A DNA stretch of 64,000 bases from Octopus vulgaris (taxonomy: Eukaryota), in contig OX597832.1 in assembly GCA_951406725.2 (NCBI GenBank), positions 54,126,001 through 54,190,000 of the forward strand, given 5' to 3'. Below, in pieces: positions 55,965-64,000 of the stretch. Position 1 is the stretch's first letter. Each line of letters opens with the position of its first letter. Position numbers and translations under genes: made by a program. Below the pieces are notes generated by a model. The model had not been told where the DNA came from and ran no database searches. It worked only from the letters and a program-made list of their open reading frames with translations.

Positions 55965-56091
55965 TTTATTTTATAGAAGGAGCTTCTACAGGACTAGAAC
56001 TGTTTCATTCAAATGAAATCATCAGGCTTCCTGATGATTTCATTTGAATGAAACAGTTCTAGTCCTGTAGAAGCTCCTTCTATAAAATAAA
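55965..56091. repeat. Perfect 62-bp inverted repeat (3-nt loop) containing a hammerhead core
   Basis: 55965-56026 is the exact reverse complement of 56030-56091; CTGATGA..GAAAC..GTC in each arm. Confidence 0.9.
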
Positions 56092-56158
56092 TTAATTCAC
56101 TCTGCCATGTATTGAGTACCTTATTTACTGTGGTTAACCCCGACTCAACCCGGGACCT

Positions 56159-56232
<74 letters not shown>

Positions 56233-56661
56233 CAATAATAATTCTCTAAAAGGGATATAGACAGTAACTGCTCGATAACATAAGGGACTAAAGCCATCTG
56301 AATATGGCGGGACGGGGCAGGGTGGTGGGGGTGTTACGCTTTCAGCATTTAGCCGCAGGCGAACATCGACGTCACCAGAAAGGCCTCGACACCGTCCGTG
56401 ACGGTGTCGAGCCTTTCTGGTGACGTCGATGTTCGCCTGCGGCTAAATGCAACAGTCAACACCCCCACCACCCTGCCCTGTCCCTAGCCATATTCAGATG
56501 GCTTTAGTCCCTTATGTTATCGAGCAGTTACTGTCTATATCCCTTTTAGAGAATTATTATTGCTTTCGAACAGATTTTCGAAATCAGCAAATGTATTTTG
56601 CTTGAAAATCTATATAAGAAAATCCTGCAGAGAGAGAATTCGTCGAGGAAGCGGAGGCCTA

Positions 56662-56711
56662 CCACACGCCGATGATAGGCAATACACCTTGAAACCATGG
56701 TCCGTGTGTGG
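56662..56711 (+). ncRNA. Minimal type-I hammerhead motif, CCGATGA variant (copy 1)
   Basis: CACACG-CCGATGA-TAGG caataca CCTT-GAAA-CCATGG-TC^CGTGTG; palindromic stem III. Confidence 0.75.
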
Positions 56712-57021
56712 TTTCCGCTTCATCGGGGAATTACCTCCCTTTGCAGGTTAAGGGCACCGTGACGGTGTCGAGCCTTTCTGGTGACGTCGATGTTCGCCTG
56801 TGGCTAAATGCAACAGTAACACCCCCACCACCCTGCCCTGTCCCTAGCCATATTCAGATGGCTTTAGTCCCTTATGTTATCGAGCAGTTACTGTCTATAT
56901 CCCTTTTAGAGAATTATTATTGCTTTCGAACAGATTTTCGAAATCAGCAAATGTATTTTGCTTGAAAATCTATATAAGAAAATCCTGCAGAGAGAGAATT
57001 CGTCGAGGAAGCGGAGGCCTA

Positions 57022-57071
57022 CCACACGCCGATGATAGGCAATACACCTTGAAACCATGGTCCGTGTGTGG
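57022..57071 (+). ncRNA. Minimal type-I hammerhead motif, CCGATGA variant (copy 2)
   Basis: Identical to 56662-56711 at +360. Confidence 0.75.
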
Positions 57072-57696
57072 TTTCCGCTTCATCGGGGAATTACCTCCCT
57101 TTGCAGGTTAAGGGCACCGTGACGGTGTCGAGCCTTTCTGGTGACGTCGATGTTCGCCTGCGGCTAAATGCAACAGTAACACCCCCACCACCCTGCCCTG
57201 TCCCTAGCCATATTCAGATGGCTTTAGTCCCTATGTTATATATATATATATATTCTTTTACGTTTTGAAATTTCCAGTCATTGGACTGCGGCCATACTGG
57301 AGGGCTGCATTGAAGAGTTTATTTAATCGAACATAATAAACTCCATTGCATATTGTTTTTTGAAAGTCTGCGACTTATTCTATCGGACTCTTTAGTCGAA
57401 CCGCTAAGTTACGTTCACCTACACAAACCATTTCCGGTTGACAAGCATATGATTGGGAAGTGAGGAACACAGACACAAAGACACAGAGTATTAAGGGCCT
57501 AAAGACCCTAAATACTCTCAGTCATCCCTTGACACACACACACCAGGGGTGTACTGAGCCGTTGGTAAATCGGGCAGTGCTCGAGCGCCCGAAAATCTGA
57601 GGGGTGCACACGCTACATTTTAACTCTCTTTGATATCAATCCAACGGGGCCCGGTAAACAATTGTGCTTGAAGGCCCTTAATACTTTCAGTCCGCT

Positions 57697-57743
<47 letters not shown>

Positions 57744-57882
57744 ACACGCGCACACATACACACACCACACAACACACGCACACATACACATACACGCGCA
57801 TGCACGCACAGACATAAATATACACGATCGGCTTCGATACAGTTTCCGTTTGCTAAATTCACTCACAAGGCATTGGTCGACC

Positions 57883-59081
57883 AAATTTTTGAATACTATA
57901 GTCAAAAATTTAGTTAAAAATATTAGTAAGAGGATTTCTAGCCTCTCATCTAATGAGGACATCTTCAATAGCGTTGCCCCAGTTTACAATAAAGCTTTAA
58001 AAGATAGTGGTTTTAGCGAAAAAATAAAATATACACCTATCAATAAGGAAAAGGAATAATAGAAATAGGAAGGTCATCTGGTTTACGCCCCCTTACTCAC
58101 CCGAGGTGGCCTTCAATATAGGTAAATATTTCCTAGCACTGATAGATAGACATTTTCCAGTTAACCATGCTTATAGGAAACTCTTCAATAGACACAATTT
58201 AAAAATTAGTTTTAGTTCAACTACCAATTTTAAAAACATAATCAATCATAACATACAAAAAACACAAGAAGAAAACAGCTGTTCATGCAGGAATAAAGAA
58301 TTGTGCCCGCTAAATGGAGCTTGCATGTCCAAGACCATCATATATGAAGCTACCGTAAACTCTATAACCACTAAAGACACCGTTTCGACGAAGAAATACG
58401 TGGGCCTGACAGAGGGTAATTTCAAGGCCAGGTTCAATAACCACACTTTGAGCTTTAGGCACTGGAACAAAAGAAAAGCGACACAATTATCCAATCATAT
58501 TTGGTCTTTAAGAGATAAAGGTGTCGATTATAACATACAATGGAAGATTTTGGCCAGATGTAAGCCCTATACTAACGGCAGCGGAAGGTGCGGTTTATGC
58601 GACATGGAGAGATGGCTTATCTGGAAAAGCAGCTTAGACCCTACCACATGTCTAAATACAAGGACAGAGCTTTTCGGATCATGCCCACATGTGACTAAAT
58701 TTCTGTTACGTTTTTGGTCCCCTAAAGAAAACGGATAGAACATGCTTTCTGTGTTATGTCCCAAGAAGATTTTATATATTTTTATATATTTTTATGTATT
58801 TTTATATAATTTTTATGACGAAAAATGCGAGCGATGTATAAGTACGCAGGCAAAGCAGAGTTATAACAGAGTAATTTCCCTTCATTTTTAACGGTATTTT
58901 TTCATAACGTTTTCAAATAGCCAGATAACCGAAGAGATGGTGTTGTGGATTTCCACTTCGGCATCTGAAACTCAGAGTTTTATCTTGACTACCGAGTAAT
59001 GTAACATATTGTATAGATAAATTTCCTCTATTTACATAATATTGAGGTCTCTTTCTTTCTTTTGTTATCTTACCGTTTTAT

Positions 59082-59084
<3 letters not shown>
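57883..59084 (+). mobile_element. 5'-truncated Penelope-like retroelement (RT-thumb/linker + GIY-YIG endonuclease + 3' pLTR)
   Basis: NISKRISSLSSNEDIFN..Y.KALKDSG, a frameshift near 58050, then KVIWFTPPYS, CSCRNKELCPLNGAC, IIY..YVGLT..FKARFNNH, T.LSNHIW, CGLC..E, LNTRTE..C.H; stop at 58738; ends in (TA)n. Confidence 0.92.
58923..58985 (+). ncRNA. Hammerhead motif in the Penelope-like 3' pLTR (CCGAAGA variant)
   Basis: AGATAA-CCGAAGA-GATG..GTGGA/TCCAC..CATC-T-GAAA-CTC.GAG-TT^TTATCT. Confidence 0.65.
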
Positions 59085-59149
<65 letters not shown>

Positions 59150-59858
59150 ATGTTTGTGTGTCTATGTTTGTCTCCCTAGCATTGCTTGACAACCGATGCT
59201 GGCGTGTTTACGTCCCCGTCACTTAGCGGTTCGACAAAAGAGACCGATAGAATAAGTACTGGGCTTACAAAGAATAAGTCCCGGGGTCGATTTGCTCGAC
59301 TAAAGGCGGTGCTCCAGTATGGCCGCAGTCAAATGACTGAAACAAGTAAAAGAGTAAAAGAGTAAACAATGAACAAGGAGTTTTGAAGTTGTTGTAACAA
59401 CAACAATAAGTAGACTTCTGTTGTCTATTGTCTGTCATTCTATACTGTTCTGTTATACCCCGTTTAACATCTCCAGTGTTGTCAACATGTTCTTCAAGAT
59501 GAGACTCGCTCCATATTGCATTACGTCCTTTGGTTTAGAATGTCAAATATTCTGACGACCTCGAACCCACGAGAGTAAACAAGAGAGATAGAGACAGGTA
59601 GAAACAAGGAAAATGCCCCTTGTATTTGAATACTATGCAAATATTCGTCTTAAAAACTTTTCATTTAATTTTTCCAAAATTTAATTGTTTTCCATACTTA
59701 AAGTCGAAAAACTCTCAATGACTGAAACCGGTATTGAAATGTTTTTTATAAAATTATTTTAACATTTTCTACCTTGACTATTTTTTCCATATATATATAT
59801 ATTAACTCGTGTGTTCCTTTTCAACCTTCTACATACATACATACATACATACATACAC

Positions 59859-59941
<83 letters not shown>

Positions 59942-59949
59942 CATACATA

Positions 59950-60022
<73 letters not shown>

Positions 60023-60752
60023 TCTTTTGTTTGTTTCCAGTCATTTGACTGCGTCCATACTGGAGCACCGCCTTTAGTCGAACAAATTGACCCCACGACT
60101 TATTCTTTGTAAGCTTAGTACATATTCTATCAGACTCTTTTACGGGGACGTAAACACACCAGCATTGGTTGAAAACCGATGGTGGGGGACAAACACACAA
60201 ACACACACACGCACACACACATATACATACATATATACATACATACATATATATATACATACATACATATACATATATATATGTATATGTTTATATATGT
60301 ATATATATACACACACATACACATACACACACACGCACACACACACATATATATATTTATTTATTTATATAGAACTGTATATAAATGTGTGTGTGTCTAT
60401 ATGCACATATATGTATATGGATGCATACACGCACACACATATATGCGCATACACATATGCACACAAAGATGCAAGCACCCAATTTTAGTCGAAACACTCG
60501 AACTTAGAGAAGTGTAACGCATGCATCCACTCTACTTCATATGCGATTCAGTAAGTCGCACTTGAAAAGACCCACACTCACACTCACACTCGCATACGTA
60601 CGCGCGCGCGCTACTTTCACCTGCGCAATCTTCATCGCACACACCAATACGCACTCACGCAACACACACACACACACACATGCACGTGTGCGCGCCACAT
60701 TTACATACGCAGGCTGCATCACACCCCTTCTCCCCCCACACACATACACTCA

Positions 60753-60809
<57 letters not shown>

Positions 60810-61029
60810 CCGCGCGCACCCGTTCATGCTACCCACGCCCACGCAAGCCCTCTCCGCCTGGCTACTTCCACATGTAAACACCCTCTCCACTTGTTTTCTC
60901 TCTCTCTCTCCCTCTCTCTGTCCTCTTACTTCTCCCCTGTTGCATAACCCTCCCTCCTCATAAAGGCGTAACCTTCACATAAACACACACACACTCTCAC
61001 CACTTATACACACATAGACATACACACAC

Positions 61030-61289
61030 ACATACATTGACACTGACATAGACACATGTCCTCAAGCACTCATATAAATAAACACAGACTCACATTCACA
61101 CACACACACATTGACACTGACATAGACACACAGAAACACTGATATAGACACACACACATTCACATACACACTTTCACGACACACAAACACACATATACAT
61201 ACACACACATACACACACACATTGACACTGACATAGACAGAAACACTGATATAGACACACACACATTCACATACACCACACACACACAT

Positions 61290-61323
<34 letters not shown>

Positions 61324-61988
61324 ACATAGACACACAGAAACACTGATATAGACACACACACATTCACATACACACTCTCACCATACACACACATAAACAC
61401 ACGCACACACACACACATTGACACTGACATAGACACACAGAAACACTGATATAGACACACACACATTCACATACACACTCTCACACACACACACACACAA
61501 CACACACACACACTGACACTGACATAGACACACAGAAACACTGATATAGACACACACATCATCACATACACACACCATACACACACTCACACGCACACAC
61601 ACACACACATTGACACTGACATAGACACACAGAAACACTGATATAGACACACACACATTCACATACACACTCTCACCACACACACACACACACACATTGA
61701 CACTGACATAGACACACACACACACACACACACATTCACATACACACTCACACCACACATACACGCACACATAAACACACGCAGGCACACATGCACGCAC
61801 ACACATTGACACATAGACACGTCCTCAAGCACTCATATGAACAAACACAGACTCACATTCACACACATACAGACACAAACACACACAGACACACTTTCAT
61901 ACGCGTACACACACACACACACATATTCGCACATTCATGTTTTTGATTACATGTATTGTAACCATACACACACACACACAGACACAGA

Positions 61989-62031
<43 letters not shown>

Positions 62032-62130
62032 ACTGACATAGACACACAGAAACACTGATAATAGACACACACACATTCTCATACACACTGTCACCACACA
62101 CACACACATTCACACTCACATAGACACACA
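61030..62130. repeat. CA-rich complex minisatellite (core CATTGACACTGACATAGACACACAGAAACACTGATATAGAC)
   Basis: The core recurs at variable ~70-110-bp spacing separated by (CA)n. Confidence 0.85.
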
Positions 62131-62322
62131 TCAACAAGCACTCGTATAAATAAACACAGATTCACATTCACACACATACACAGATACACACACACACACA
62201 TACAATACATACACACACACACTCATACGCATACACACGCATATTCGTACATTCATGTTTTTGACTACATGTATTTGAATCATACATACAGACACAGACA
62301 GATAAACACACACGCACACACG

Positions 62323-62361
<39 letters not shown>

Positions 62362-62462
62362 AAGCATTATATTGCAGCATTATATTGCACTCTATTCAAC
62401 CTAACTACACTATTGTGCACCACACCCTTGTCACATATATTCGCACACACACACACACACAT

Positions 62463-62502
<40 letters not shown>

Positions 62503-62770
62503 GCACATACGCACACACAAAAACTCACAACGCACACATTTCACACACACACACATAAACGCCACACAGCCATCAGATGCCCATGCAATCCACACACTTA
62601 AACATGCATCATCCATTAATCCCACATGCAATCTCCCGCAGCTACATGTCCGCAACCTACTTTTCCTTCGCACCTGCCCGAACCTGTGTGAATCCAACCC
62701 ATAGGACAACATACCCCCTTCCAAATACTTAGAGCTTTTCGTCTTCCCCCTTATCCTTTCCCTTACCATA

Positions 62771-62831
<61 letters not shown>

Positions 62832-63031
62832 TTATTTTATTTTTCCTTCTTTCTTCAAAATTTTTCCGTTTCTCGCCGAGTGTTTTCCATACACCTAGGG
62901 CAGAGAAGCTCATTGTATGCATTCGCAGATTACACACGCAAATTCACAGATAAAATATGTATTTAAAAATTAATAAATAAATAAATTCATGGATGGATGT
63001 TGTTTTCACAGCGATAATGCTCTTCTCAGTA

Positions 63032-63115
<84 letters not shown>

Positions 63116-64000
63116 AGCGGCGAGTTGGCAGAATCGCTAGCATGCCGGGCGAAATGCTTAGCGGTATTTCGTCTGCCGTTACGTTCTGAGTTCAAATTCG
63201 GCCGAGCTCGACTTTGCCTTTCATCCTTTCGGGGTCGATTAAATAAGTACCAGTTACGCACTGGGTTCGATGTAATCGACTTAATCCGTTTGTTTGTCCT
63301 TTCTGTGTTTAGCCCCATGTGGGTAGTAAAGAAATAGACATTTTGTTCGTCGCTACGTTCTGAGTTCAAATTCCGCCGAAGTTGGCTTTGCCTTTCATCC
63401 TTTCGGGAAGGGGTGGATGGTCGATAAAAGAAGTACCAATCAACTACTGGGGTCGATCTGATCGACTGGTCCCCTCCCCCCCAAATTACTGCCCTCGCGG
63501 CAAAATTTGAAACCATTATTGAGTGAGAGAGCAGTGCATGCCATCAAAGTGACACTGGGGTAAAATATACGAAGCCCAGTATACCCATCATGACTACCTG
63601 TCTGATAAGGGTACACCAGGCACATGCATCACAACCATATGTGCACGACATGGTGATCTCATATCAAGATAACAGCACATGACTTTGCAGATGGGGCTCA
63701 GTTAAAATTTTCTTCTGGTCGAGTAACCCATCCTGCTCAAAAGGTCCCCGAATAAGGGTTGTTTAAGGATTTTGAACGAAACACCCATGTTTCCAAAGGT
63801 GAATTATTCAAACCCCAAAGTATCCCTCTCAACACAAGGCTATGATACTCCCCCACTACTGCTCGTTATCAGAGATGCACATATCGTCAGCCACTAAGGG
63901 ACATGCTCAACTGGTTAAGGTCAAACAACTGACAAGCAAATCTGGGGTATTGAGCACAATATTTACTGTAGCCCATCTTTTATACCAAGACAAAACAATG

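Larger units (their letters stand above)
56231..57238 (+). mobile_element. Retrozyme-like element: ~2.3 tandem 360-bp units preceded by a ~165-bp inverted arm, within (TA)n
   Basis: Units start at 56396, 56757 and 57117; 56231-56396 is inverted relative to 56400-56564; one hammerhead per full unit. Confidence 0.8.

Noticed and set aside
58106-58738. Selenocysteine recoding in the Penelope-like ORF
   Set aside because: No in-frame TGA in the retained portion; all Cys positions use normal codons.

Overview
AT-rich, intron- and repeat-dominated animal genomic DNA. The SINE repertoire and microsatellite load suggest a coleoid cephalopod, probably Octopus (inference). The left 24 kb holds two + strand spliced genes: the last exons of eIF4E2/4EHP, with at least two alternative C-termini, and a complete 6-exon MED4 (Mediator subunit 4, 263 aa). 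The rest is tRNA-derived SINEs, RTE LINE ends, Tc1/mariner/pogo/piggyBac-type elements, non-autonomous Helitrons and long microsatellites. The most striking unannotated signal is a dense set of minimal type-I hammerhead ribozyme (HHR) motifs from several unrelated sequence families. They occur in two non-coding retrozyme-like tandem elements (555-nt and 360-nt periods), in palindromic micro-insertions, and in the 3' end of a truncated Penelope-like (GIY-YIG) element. Most sit in or beside (TA)n tracts, and several carry a CCGANGA variant core. All folds were done by eye; no database searches were run.
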